The position numbers and the translations under genes were made by a program. A DNA stretch of 14,310 bases, from assembly GCA_040256005.1 (NCBI GenBank), contig JBDZWC010000054.1, forward strand, positions 4,003 to 18,312, read 5' to 3'. Below, piece by piece: positions 7,038 through 14,310 of this stretch (positions are counted from its first letter, which is position 1; every line of letters starts with the position of its first letter). This DNA is from Deinococcaceae bacterium (GTDB lineage: Bacteria > Deinococcota > Deinococci > Deinococcales > Trueperaceae). Below the pieces are notes generated by a model. That model was not told the DNA's origin. It saw only the letters and a program-made list of their open reading frames with translations, and searched no databases.

Positions 7038-8677
7038 GCGCGGGCGGGCACCTGAACGCGGCCGGGCCCTTACACGCGGTTCGGCCCCTACACGCGGCCG
7101 TGCTGGGCGCCGGCACCATGGGCACCGGCATCGCGCAGCTGCTGCTCCAGGCCGGGGCCAGCGTCTCGCTCATCGACCCGGCGGAGGCGGCCCTGAAACG
7201 AGCGCGCCTCAGCCTGCTGAACCTGTTCGAGCGCCTGCACGCCAAGGGGCGCCTGGCCGAGGAGCCCGGCAGCTTGCTGAGTCGCCTCCGGCTGGGCCGG
7301 GACCACGACCTCATGCGGGGCGCCCACTGGGTGCTCGAGGCCGCGCCGGAAGACCTCGACCTCAAGCGCGATCTCTTCGCCGCCGCCGCTCGTGTCGAGC
7401 CTGCCGCCAAGCTCGCCACCAACACATCCACGCTGTCAGTGACCTCGATAGCCGCGGCGTGCCCCGACCCGGGCAAGGTCATCGGGTTGCACTTCTTCAA
7501 CCCGCCCGGCCTCATGCGACTCGTCGAGGTGATCCCAGGCGTCAGGACCGCGCCCGAGCTGGTGCCGGCGGCGGTGGACCTCGTGCGCCGTCTCGGGCGT
7601 GAGCCGGTCGTGGCCAAGGACGCGCCCGGCTTCATCGTCAACCGGTTGGCGCGGCCCTTCTACCTCGAGGCCATGCGACTGCACGGGGAGGGGTTGCCGG
7701 TGGCTGCCGTCGACGCGGCGCTGCGCGGCGCGGGCTTCCGCATGGGCCCGTTCGAGCTCCTCGACCTGATCGGCATCGACGTCAACCTCGCGGCCAGCGA
7801 GAGCGTTTACCGCGCCTTCTACGAGGAGCCGCGCTTCCGCCCACACCCTCTGCAGCGCGCGATGGTCGAGGCGGGCCTCCTGGGCCGCAAGACCGGGCGC
7901 GGCTTCTACCCGTACGACGATTCCGGCGACGAAGCGAGGGCCACGGTCGCCGCGGGCTCGGGAGGCTCCGGCCCCGGCGACGATGGCCCCCCTCCCGTGC
8001 CCTTTGGAGCCGCCTCCGGGTCCTCGGCCGGACCGGTGTTCCACGTCGTCGGCGACGGCAGCGTGGCGGCCGCGCTGCGGGAAGCCCTGCCCACCACGGC
8101 CGACCCGGCCACGGCTGACCTGGTCCTAGATGCCCGGCTCGACGCGGCGCCGGGCGACGGCGTGACTCCTCGGGCCGTGCTCACGTGGGGGAGGAGCGCG
8201 GCGTCGGCCGGCGAGAAGCTGGGCTTCAGCCTGGTGCCTCGCCCCGGTGGCGGGACCCTTTCTATCGAGCTCATGGCGGCGGGCGCGCTGCCTGGGGAGC
8301 AGCCGACAGCGGCGGTGGAGGCGGCCAGGGACGCGTTGGAAGCGGCCGGGGTGGCAGTTGTCGTGCTGCCGGACGTCCCGGGCGGCGCCGCGTTCCGGGT
8401 CGTCGCCAGGCTGTGCGACGAGGCCGTGCGGGCGCTGGCAGAGGGCCTGGCGACCGCGGCGGAGCTCGACCTGGCCATGCGGCTGGGCGTCAACTACCCG
8501 GCGGGCCCATTGGAGTGGGGAGAGGCGTTAGGGTTGAGGGACGTACACTCCGCCCTTCGTTCGCTGCAGCAGGAGACGTCCGACACGCGGTTCGCGCCCC
8601 ACCCGCGGCTGGCGCGGCCGGCCGCTCCCGGTGCGCACGGCTCGACGCGGGGGGCGATGGAGGCCGAAGAGACATGA
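7034..8677 (+). CDS. paaH: 3-hydroxyacyl-CoA dehydrogenase, PaaH-type (NAD-binding domain plus duplicated C-terminal domain)
   Basis: GTG at 7034 overlaps the regulator TGA; 547 aa. Motifs: [69 protein letters not shown], and a second C-domain [15 protein letters not shown] as in long PaaH. Confidence 0.85.
   Translation: MSAGGHLNAAGPLHAVRPLHAAVLGAGTMGTGIAQLLLQAGASVSLIDPAEAALKRARLSLLNLFERLHAKGRLAEEPGSLLSRLRLGRDHDLMRGAHWVLEAAPEDLDLKRDLFAAAARVEPAAKLATNTSTLSVTSIAAACPDPGKVIGLHFFNPPGLMRLVEVIPGVRTAPELVPAAVDLVRRLGREPVVAKDAPGFIVNRLARPFYLEAMRLHGEGLPVAAVDAALRGAGFRMGPFELLDLIGIDVNLAASESVYRAFYEEPRFRPHPLQRAMVEAGLLGRKTGRGFYPYDDSGDEARATVAAGSGGSGPGDDGPPPVPFGAASGSSAGPVFHVVGDGSVAAALREALPTTADPATADLVLDARLDAAPGDGVTPRAVLTWGRSAASAGEKLGFSLVPRPGGGTLSIELMAAGALPGEQPTAAVEAARDALEAAGVAVVVLPDVPGGAAFRVVARLCDEAVRALAEGLATAAELDLAMRLGVNYPAGPLEWGEALGLRDVHSALRSLQQETSDTRFAPHPRLARPAAPGAHGSTRGAMEAEET
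7046..7099 (+). repeat. Three imperfect 18-bp in-frame tandem repeats at the paaH 5' end
   Basis: gggcacctgaacgcggcc / gggcccttacacgcggtt / cggcccctacacgcggcc, encoding [18 protein letters not shown]. Confidence 0.75.
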
Positions 8678-9882
8678 GCGTTCGTGACGCGTACCTCGTG
8701 GCGGCGCTGCGCACACCCGTCGGTCGACACGGCGGCGCCCTGGCCCCCGTCAGACCGGACGACATGGCTGCGACGGTGCTGCGCGAGGTGGTGGGAAGGG
8801 CGGGCGTACCCGGTCGGGACGTCGCGGACGTCGTGCTGGGCTGTGCCAACCAGGCCGGGGAGGACAACCGCAACGTCGCCCGCATGGCAGCCCTGCTCGC
8901 CGGCTACCCGGTGAGCGTCCCGGGAGTGACGGTCAACCGGCTCTGCGGTTCCGGCCTCGACGCCGTGGCCCAGGCGGCCCGCGGCGTGAAGCTGGGCGAA
9001 GGCGAGCTGTTCGTGGGCGGTGGCGTCGAGTCGATGAGCCGCGCGCCCTGGGCCATGCCCAAACCCGAGCGCGGCTACGCCACCGGCTCCACGACGCTGT
9101 ACGACACGTCGCTGGGCTGGCGCTTCGTCAACCAGCGCATGGCGGACGAGTACGGCACCGAGTCCATGGGCGAGACCGCCGAGAACCTGGCCGAGGAACA
9201 TGGCATCTCGCGCGACGAGCAGGACGCGTACGCTCTCGCCAGCCACCGTAAGGCCACGGCCGCGATCGCGGCGGACCGCTTCGCGGACGAGATCGTCCCC
9301 ATAGAGGTCGTCACCAAACGCCAGACGACGCTGGTGGACACCGACGAGGGACCCCGCGACGACACCAGCATGGAGGCCCTGGGGAGGCTGCGGCCCGCGT
9401 TCCGGGCGGGCGGCACGGTAACGGCCGGCAACTCGAGCAGCCTCAACGACGGTGCTGCTGCCGTGCTCGTCGCCTCCCCGGACTACGCCCAGGCGCACGG
9501 CCTGAAGCCGCTTGCCCGCGTCGTGGCGACGGCCGTGGCGGGAGTGCCGCCACGCATCATGGGCATCGGGCCGGTGCCGGCGACGCGGGCTGCCCTGGGG
9601 CGCGCCGGCATGACCCTCGAAGACGTCGGGCTCATCGAGCTCAACGAGGCGTTCGCGGCCCAGACCCTGGCCGTGCTGCGTGAGCTCGGCCTGGACGCCG
9701 AGGAAGCCAGGGTGAACCCCAACGGCGGGGCGATCGCGTTGGGTCACCCGCTCGGGTGCTCGGGCGCACGCATACTCACGACGCTCCTCCACGAGATGGT
9801 GAAGACGGACGTGGAGGTGGGCCTGGCGACCATGTGCATCGGCGTGGGCCAGGGCATCGCCATGCTCGTGGAGCGCGTCTAG
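8674..9882 (+). CDS. paaJ: Thiolase, 3-oxoadipyl-CoA/3-oxo-5,6-didehydrosuberyl-CoA thiolase (PaaJ/PcaF type)
   Basis: ATG at 8674 (ATGA overlap with paaH); 402 aa. Motifs: [25 protein letters not shown] (catalytic Cys), [24 protein letters not shown]. Confidence 0.88.
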   Translation: MSVRDAYLVAALRTPVGRHGGALAPVRPDDMAATVLREVVGRAGVPGRDVADVVLGCANQAGEDNRNVARMAALLAGYPVSVPGVTVNRLCGSGLDAVAQAARGVKLGEGELFVGGGVESMSRAPWAMPKPERGYATGSTTLYDTSLGWRFVNQRMADEYGTESMGETAENLAEEHGISRDEQDAYALASHRKATAAIAADRFADEIVPIEVVTKRQTTLVDTDEGPRDDTSMEALGRLRPAFRAGGTVTAGNSSSLNDGAAAVLVASPDYAQAHGLKPLARVVATAVAGVPPRIMGIGPVPATRAALGRAGMTLEDVGLIELNEAFAAQTLAVLRELGLDAEEARVNPNGGAIALGHPLGCSGARILTTLLHEMVKTDVEVGLATMCIGVGQGIAMLVERV

Positions 9883-9904
9883 GACTCCAGACCTGGGAGG
9901 ACAG

Positions 9905-11242
9905 ATGTTCGACCCGCAGATAGAGACCATGCCGCAGGCGAAGCTGAAGGCCCTGCAGGGAGAACGGCTGGCCCGGCTCGTGCGCTACGTTCACGACCGC
10001 GTGCCGTTCTATCGCGAGGCGCTCGCGGGCGCCGGGGTCGACCCGGCCAGCGTGACCTCCGTAGCTGACATCACGCGCCTGCCGATCACCCGCAAGCGCG
10101 ACCTGCACGAGAACTATCCCATGGGGCTCTTCGCGGTGAAGCCGCACGAGCTGGCGCGGGTGCACGCCTCCTCCGGCACCACCGGCAAGCCCACCGTCGT
10201 GGGCTACACGCGCAACGACCTCGCGCTCTTCGCCGAGGTCAACGCCCGTTGCCTCGCGGCCGCGGGCGGGAAGGCCGGCATGGTGTTTCACAACGCCTAC
10301 GGCTACGGCCTGTTCACCGGGGGTCTCGGCCTCCACGGCGGTGGCGAGCGGTTGGGAATGTGCGTCGTCCCGGTCTCGGGCGGGATGACCGACAGGCAGG
10401 TCACGCTCATCATGGACCTGAAGCCCGAGATGATCGCGTGCACCCCCTCCTACGCCCAGACGCTGGCGGAGGAGTTCGCGCGCAGAGGCATCGCACCGGA
10501 GGAGATCCCGCTCAGGTACGGCATCCTCGGTGCGGAGCCATGGACCGAGGCGATCAGGCAGGACGTGCAGCAGGGCCTCGGCATCCAGGCGACGAACATC
10601 TACGGCCTCTCCGAGGTGATCGGCCCCGGCGTGGCGAACGAGGCCGTCGGCGAGGGCGAGGGCTCGTACGTGTGGGAGGACCACTTCTACCCCGAGATCC
10701 TCGACCCCGAGACCGGCGACCCGCTGCCAGACGGCCAGGACGGCGTCCTCGTGATCACCACGCTCACCAAGGAGGCGTTGCCGCTACTGCGTTTCTGGAC
10801 CGGGGACATCACGAGCCTCACGCGCGAGGTCGGGCCCAGCGGTCGCACCCATGCCCGCATCGGCATGATCCGCGGCCGCACCGACGACATGCTCATCGTG
10901 CGGGGCGTCAACGTCTACCCAACGCAGATCGAAGCCGTGCTGCAGCACGTGCCCGAAGCCTCGGCGCACTACCAGCTGGTCGTGAGACGCGAGCGCAAGC
11001 TCGACGACATCGAGTTGCGGCTCGAGCTCGACCAGGCGACCTTCGCCCGCCTCGGCGTCACCCCGGACGAGGGCGGTACCCTCAACCCGGAAGAACCCGT
11101 CGAGCGCCTGGCGCGCGAGGTACAGCACAAGGTGCGCGACACCGTCGGCATCGGCGTGAAGGTCACGCTGCTGGCCCCGGGAGCGGCGCCGCGCTCCGCC
11201 GGCGGCAAGCTCAGACGTATCGTCGACGAGCGCAAGCTATGA
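9905..11242 (+). CDS. paaK: Phenylacetate--CoA ligase
   Basis: GGGAGG SD just upstream. Motifs: HASSGTTGKP, YGYGLFTGGLG, NIYGLSEVIGPG, WEDHFYPEI, TGD, GRTDDMLIVRGVNVYP, GKLRRIVDER. Confidence 0.93.
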   Translation: MFDPQIETMPQAKLKALQGERLARLVRYVHDRVPFYREALAGAGVDPASVTSVADITRLPITRKRDLHENYPMGLFAVKPHELARVHASSGTTGKPTVVGYTRNDLALFAEVNARCLAAAGGKAGMVFHNAYGYGLFTGGLGLHGGGERLGMCVVPVSGGMTDRQVTLIMDLKPEMIACTPSYAQTLAEEFARRGIAPEEIPLRYGILGAEPWTEAIRQDVQQGLGIQATNIYGLSEVIGPGVANEAVGEGEGSYVWEDHFYPEILDPETGDPLPDGQDGVLVITTLTKEALPLLRFWTGDITSLTREVGPSGRTHARIGMIRGRTDDMLIVRGVNVYPTQIEAVLQHVPEASAHYQLVVRRERKLDDIELRLELDQATFARLGVTPDEGGTLNPEEPVERLAREVQHKVRDTVGIGVKVTLLAPGAAPRSAGGKLRRIVDERKL

Positions 11243-11679
11243 GGGAGATACCGGCCGGCAGGCAGGCTCATCACGAACTGGTCGTCACAGCTGACATGAC
11301 GGTGGACTTCGAGCAGGACGACCCCAAGCTGGGAGCGCTCCACCCCGTCTACGCCACGTACTGGATGGCGAAGCACATGGAGCTGGCCAGCCGCAAGATC
11401 ATCCTCCCTTACCTGGAGGATGACGAGGAGGGCATCGGCTTCAAGGTCGAGGTCACCCACCTGGCGTCCGCGCTACCAGGCATGGCGGTGCGGGTGCAAG
11501 CGCTGTTCCGCGAGACGGTCAAGAACCGCGTTCACGTCGACTGCCGCGTCTTCAGCGAGCTGGGAGACCTCATAGGCGAGGGCTCGACGGTGCAGGTCAT
11601 CCTGAAGAAGGACAGGCTCGAGGCCAACTTCGCGGCGTTGCGCGATCGCGCCGGCGCCGCGACCGGAGGGAGCACCTAG
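11239..11679 (+). CDS. Hotdog-fold thioesterase, fluoroacetyl-CoA thioesterase (FlK)-like
   Basis: The true start is ATG 11239 (ATGA overlap with paaK); 146 aa, MREIPAG...HPVYATYWMAKHMELASRKIILPYL...EGIG...VTHLASALPG. The Thr/Glu(+8)/His arrangement is as in the FlK family. Confidence 0.85.
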   Translation: MREIPAGRQAHHELVVTADMTVDFEQDDPKLGALHPVYATYWMAKHMELASRKIILPYLEDDEEGIGFKVEVTHLASALPGMAVRVQALFRETVKNRVHVDCRVFSELGDLIGEGSTVQVILKKDRLEANFAALRDRAGAATGGST

Positions 11680-11988
11680 GTGGTCAAGCTGGTAGCGATC
11701 TACGACAAGCCTGACGATGAGCAGGCGTTCTGGGACCACTACGAGCAGGTGCACGCGCCCCTGACCCGCGAGCTGCCCGGACTGCAGGCCCTCGAACTGC
11801 TGCGGGTCACGGCAGACGCCTTCGGCGGCGAGGCTCCCTACTGCCTGATCGCCACGATGACCTTCGCCGACGAGGCGGCTTTCAAGGCGGCCATGCGCTC
11901 CGAGGAGAACAAGCGGCTGGGCAAGGACCTGATGAGCTTCGCCCGGGGCAAGGTCAAGGTACTGGTCACGAGAACGCACGCTCTCTGA
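11680..11988 (+). CDS. EthD family protein (dimeric alpha/beta barrel)
   Basis: GTG immediately after the thioesterase TAG, with GGAGGGAG SD upstream. MVKLVAIY..P.D..AF..HY...HAPL...LPGL is the typical EthD pattern. Confidence 0.85.
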   Translation: MVKLVAIYDKPDDEQAFWDHYEQVHAPLTRELPGLQALELLRVTADAFGGEAPYCLIATMTFADEAAFKAAMRSEENKRLGKDLMSFARGKVKVLVTRTHAL

Positions 11989-12048
11989 GCGCCGGGGCGC
12001 GGTCTACGGCATGTGCGAGGCGTCCTATCCGGCGCCGTGGCGTGCCGC

Positions 12049-12072
12049 TATCATCCGGCGTGCTAGGGAGGG
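12049..12072 (+). promoter_or_regulatory. Candidate -10 (TATCAT) and SD (GGGAGGG) for the MBL hydrolase
   Basis: TATCAT at 12049-12054 and GGGAGGG at 12066-12072 precede GTG 12076. No convincing -35 is present. Confidence 0.4.
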
Positions 12073-12075
12073 CAC

Positions 12076-12828
12076 GTGGCCACAGTTCACCTGCTGGGTA
12101 CCGGCGCAGCGCTGTCTGACGCCGGGCGCACCACGACGATGTTGGCCGTGGAGGCGGGGCCGTCCGTCTTCCTCGTCGACTGTGGGGGTGACGCGGCCCA
12201 TCGCCTGCTGGCGGCGGGCCTGTCGCTGGCCAAGCTGTCGGGCCTCATCGTGAGCCACGAGCACGCCGACCACGTGGCCGGCTTCCCGCTGCTCATGGAG
12301 CGGCTGTGGCTGGCCGGCATCGGCGCCAGGTTCCCCGTGTACGGCATCGCACCCGCCATCGCGCAGGCGCGCAGGATCCACGACGCCTTCGACATCGACA
12401 GTTGGCCCAACTACCCCGAGATCGAGTACCACGAGTTCCCGGAGGAGCACGGCGCCCTGGTGGTCGAGAACGACGACCTCGTCGTGACCGCTGCGCCCGG
12501 CGACCACTCGGTCCCCGTCGTGGGTTTCAGGTTCGAGTCGAAGGCCTCAGGCAAGGTGCTCGCGTACTCCTGTGACACCCAGTACTCCCCGGCCATCGTG
12601 AAGCTGGCAGACGGCGCCGATCTCCTCATCCACGAGGCGTCCGGCCCGGCGCCGGGGCACTCCGCGCCCGGCGTCGCCGGTCGCGTCGCACGCGAGGCGG
12701 GGGTGAAGTCGCTGGTGCTCATCCACCTCCCGCCGCTGCAAGGGCAGGAGGAGGCCTGGCTCGATCAGGCGCGCGAGAGCTTCCACGGCGCGGTCCTGGG
12801 CAGCGACGGCGCCAGTTACGAGTTCTGA
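12076..12828 (+). CDS. Metallo-beta-lactamase fold hydrolase, ribonuclease Z/AtsA-like
   Basis: LLGTGAA, LVDCGG, SHEHADH (HxHxDH), DHSVP, YSCDT, LLIHEA and LVLIH match the RNase Z-family motif order. Confidence 0.85.
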   Translation: MATVHLLGTGAALSDAGRTTTMLAVEAGPSVFLVDCGGDAAHRLLAAGLSLAKLSGLIVSHEHADHVAGFPLLMERLWLAGIGARFPVYGIAPAIAQARRIHDAFDIDSWPNYPEIEYHEFPEEHGALVVENDDLVVTAAPGDHSVPVVGFRFESKASGKVLAYSCDTQYSPAIVKLADGADLLIHEASGPAPGHSAPGVAGRVAREAGVKSLVLIHLPPLQGQEEAWLDQARESFHGAVLGSDGASYEF

Positions 12829-12893
12829 GGCTGGCCGCTCGCGCCAGTGCTCGTTACCACGGGTGCTCGCCCAGATGGCAGCGGGTCCTGAGG

Positions 12894-13799
12894 TCAGCCC
12901 TTGGCGCCGGTCGTGGCGATGCCCTCGATGAAGTAGCGCTGCCCGAAGAAGAACAGCACGATGAGCGGCACGGTGAGTATGGTCGTGGCCGCCAGCACCA
13001 GCTCCCACTGCATCTCACCGCCCTGCCCGAAGCGGTCGATCAGCGTCTTGATGCCCCTCGGCATGGTGAAAAGCGCCGTGTCGTACAGGTAGATGAGCGG
13101 TTTGAGCAGGTCCGTCCACAGCGCTTTGAACTCGAAGATGAACACGACGATCAGGGCCGTGCGCGTGAGCGGCAGCGCCACGCGCCACCACATCTGGAAG
13201 TAGTTCGCGCCGTCGATGCGGGCCGCGTCGAACAGGTCGCGCGGCAGCCCCAGGTAGAACTGCCTCAACAGGAAGATGTAGAAGGCCGACCCGAACAGGT
13301 TGCCGGCCCACAGCGGTACCAGGGTGTTGACCATCCCCAACCGGTTCCAGATGAGGTAGACGGGGATCATCGTGACGGCTCCCGGGAGCATCATCGTCGC
13401 CAGCACGAGGCCGAAGAGGGCGTCGCGGCCGCGGAACCGGAAGTAGGAGAAGCCGAACGCCACGGCAGCGCTGGACACCGTCACGGCCAGGGCTCCGACC
13501 AGACCCACTATCAAGGAGTTCTGCAGCCACGAGAAGACGGGGGCGGCGCGCCAGACGTTCACGTAGTTCGACCACATGACGGGGTCGGGGATCCACTCCG
13601 AGTTGAAGACCTCCGAGCGGGACTTCAGGGAGGCGCTCACCAGCCAGACGAAAGGCGCCAGGAACACGACGGTGCAGGCGCTGAGCAGCGCCAGGAACAC
13701 CCCGCGGCCCACCAAGCGGCCGACGCGGCGGCCCCTGGTCTCGACGGCGCGCGACTCTTCGGTGGTACCGCTCGGTGCAGCGGCCTCAGCCAACGCCAC
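12894..13799 (-). CDS. Carbohydrate ABC transporter permease (MalG/UgpE-like)
   Basis: Multiple TM segments, PFVWLVSASLK, NSLIV, IFLLRQFY and the EAA-loop variant DLFDAARIDGA, ending in FFFGQRYFIEG. Confidence 0.92.
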   Translation of the reverse strand: MALAEAAAPSGTTEESRAVETRGRRVGRLVGRGVFLALLSACTVVFLAPFVWLVSASLKSRSEVFNSEWIPDPVMWSNYVNVWRAAPVFSWLQNSLIVGLVGALAVTVSSAAVAFGFSYFRFRGRDALFGLVLATMMLPGAVTMIPVYLIWNRLGMVNTLVPLWAGNLFGSAFYIFLLRQFYLGLPRDLFDAARIDGANYFQMWWRVALPLTRTALIVVFIFEFKALWTDLLKPLIYLYDTALFTMPRGIKTLIDRFGQGGEMQWELVLAATTILTVPLIVLFFFGQRYFIEGIATTGAKG

Positions 13800-13806
13800 G
13801 CCTAAG

Positions 13807-14310
13807 TCACCGCCCCTCGTAGTAGACCCAGCTCTTGCTTACGCGCAGCTGGATCACCGTGATGATCAGGATGACGACGAACAGCAGCCATGCCATCGCC
13901 GAGGCGTAGCCCATGTTCAGGAACTCGAACGCCTGCCTGAAGAGGTAGACGACGTAGAACAGCGCGGCCGAGCTGGCAGCGCCGGAATCCATCTGCCCGA
14001 AGTACATCGTGTAGACCTCGTCGAAGACCTGCAGCGCGGCGATGGTGTTGACGATCAACACGAAGAAGACGGCGCCGCTGATCATGGGCAGCGTGACGTA
14101 CCTGAACTCGGCCCACATCGAGGCGCCCTCGATGCGCGCGGCCTCGTAGAGGGTGATGGGCACGTTCTTCAAGGCCGCGTAGAGGATCACCACCGTCCCA
14201 CCCAGGCTCCACAGGCTCATGATCACCAGCCCCGGCTTGATCCAGGCCGGGTCGGTGGTCCAGCCCGGGCCGTCGATGCCGACCAGGGCCAGGCCCCTGT
14301 TCACGAGGCC
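13807..14310 (-). CDS. Carbohydrate ABC transporter permease (MalF/UgpA-like), 5' part outside window
   Basis: The frame stays open to the right edge (GLVNRGL...). EAA motif LYEAARIEGA, FRYVTLPM and AFEFLNMGYASAMAW. Confidence 0.92.
   Translation of the reverse strand, partial: GLVNRGLALVGIDGPGWTTDPAWIKPGLVIMSLWSLGGTVVILYAALKNVPITLYEAARIEGASMWAEFRYVTLPMISGAVFFVLIVNTIAALQVFDEVYTMYFGQMDSGAASSAALFYVVYLFRQAFEFLNMGYASAMAWLLFVVILIITVIQLRVSKSWVYYEGR

Noticed and set aside
8494..10684. Long - strand ORFs 8494..9930 and 9776..10684
   Set aside because: These are antisense shadows of paaJ and paaK.
6830..11679. N-terminal extensions in the ORF track (starts 6830, 8185, 10249; also 2404 and 5433) suggesting fusions or large overlaps
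   Set aside because: The extensions are junk frames overlapping the upstream genes. The real starts are at 4-bp GTGA/ATGA overlaps (7034, 8674, 11239, 2185) or, for the regulator, downstream of the promoter.
12027..12060. Direct repeat ATCCGGCG twice upstream of the MBL gene
   Set aside because: Only two 8-bp GC-rich copies with no palindrome, which is insufficient evidence for a binding site.
12829..12893. Bidirectional intrinsic terminator between the convergent MBL and ABC permease genes
   Set aside because: Only a 5-bp stem (CTGGC...GCCAG) is present, with no U-tract on either strand.
1..14310. Mobile elements, CRISPR arrays, tRNA/rRNA genes, defence systems
   Set aside because: I saw no transposase/integrase motifs, regularly spaced repeats, RNA-gene signatures or compositional shift; the window is almost fully explained by metabolic CDSs.

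Overview
High-GC bacterial window, probably Deinococcota/Trueperaceae-like. That placement is inferred from the DapA-type HpaI, the Thermus-like thioesterase and the leaderless-type promoters. It holds an aromatic-acid catabolic supercluster. The left arm (minus strand) carries a flavin reductase (hpaC-like), an M20 dipeptidase/amidohydrolase and the translationally coupled homoprotocatechuate meta-cleavage genes hpaI-hpaG-hpaE; hpaE runs off the left edge and is missing from the ORF track. The right arm (plus strand) carries a PucR/CdaR-family regulator coupled directly to paaH-paaJ-paaK, an FlK-like thioesterase and an EthD-family protein. An RNase Z-like metallo-beta-lactamase follows, converging on two sugar ABC permeases. 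The most notable non-coding signal is that two separate minus-strand promoters (hpaI operon and hpaC) share one architecture: a sigma70-type -35/N17/-10, an imperfect TTGT-N8-ACAA palindrome abutting the -35, and a second copy exactly 31 bp further upstream. This suggests a PucR-family-activated hpa regulon whose regulator is encoded at the head of a paa operon.
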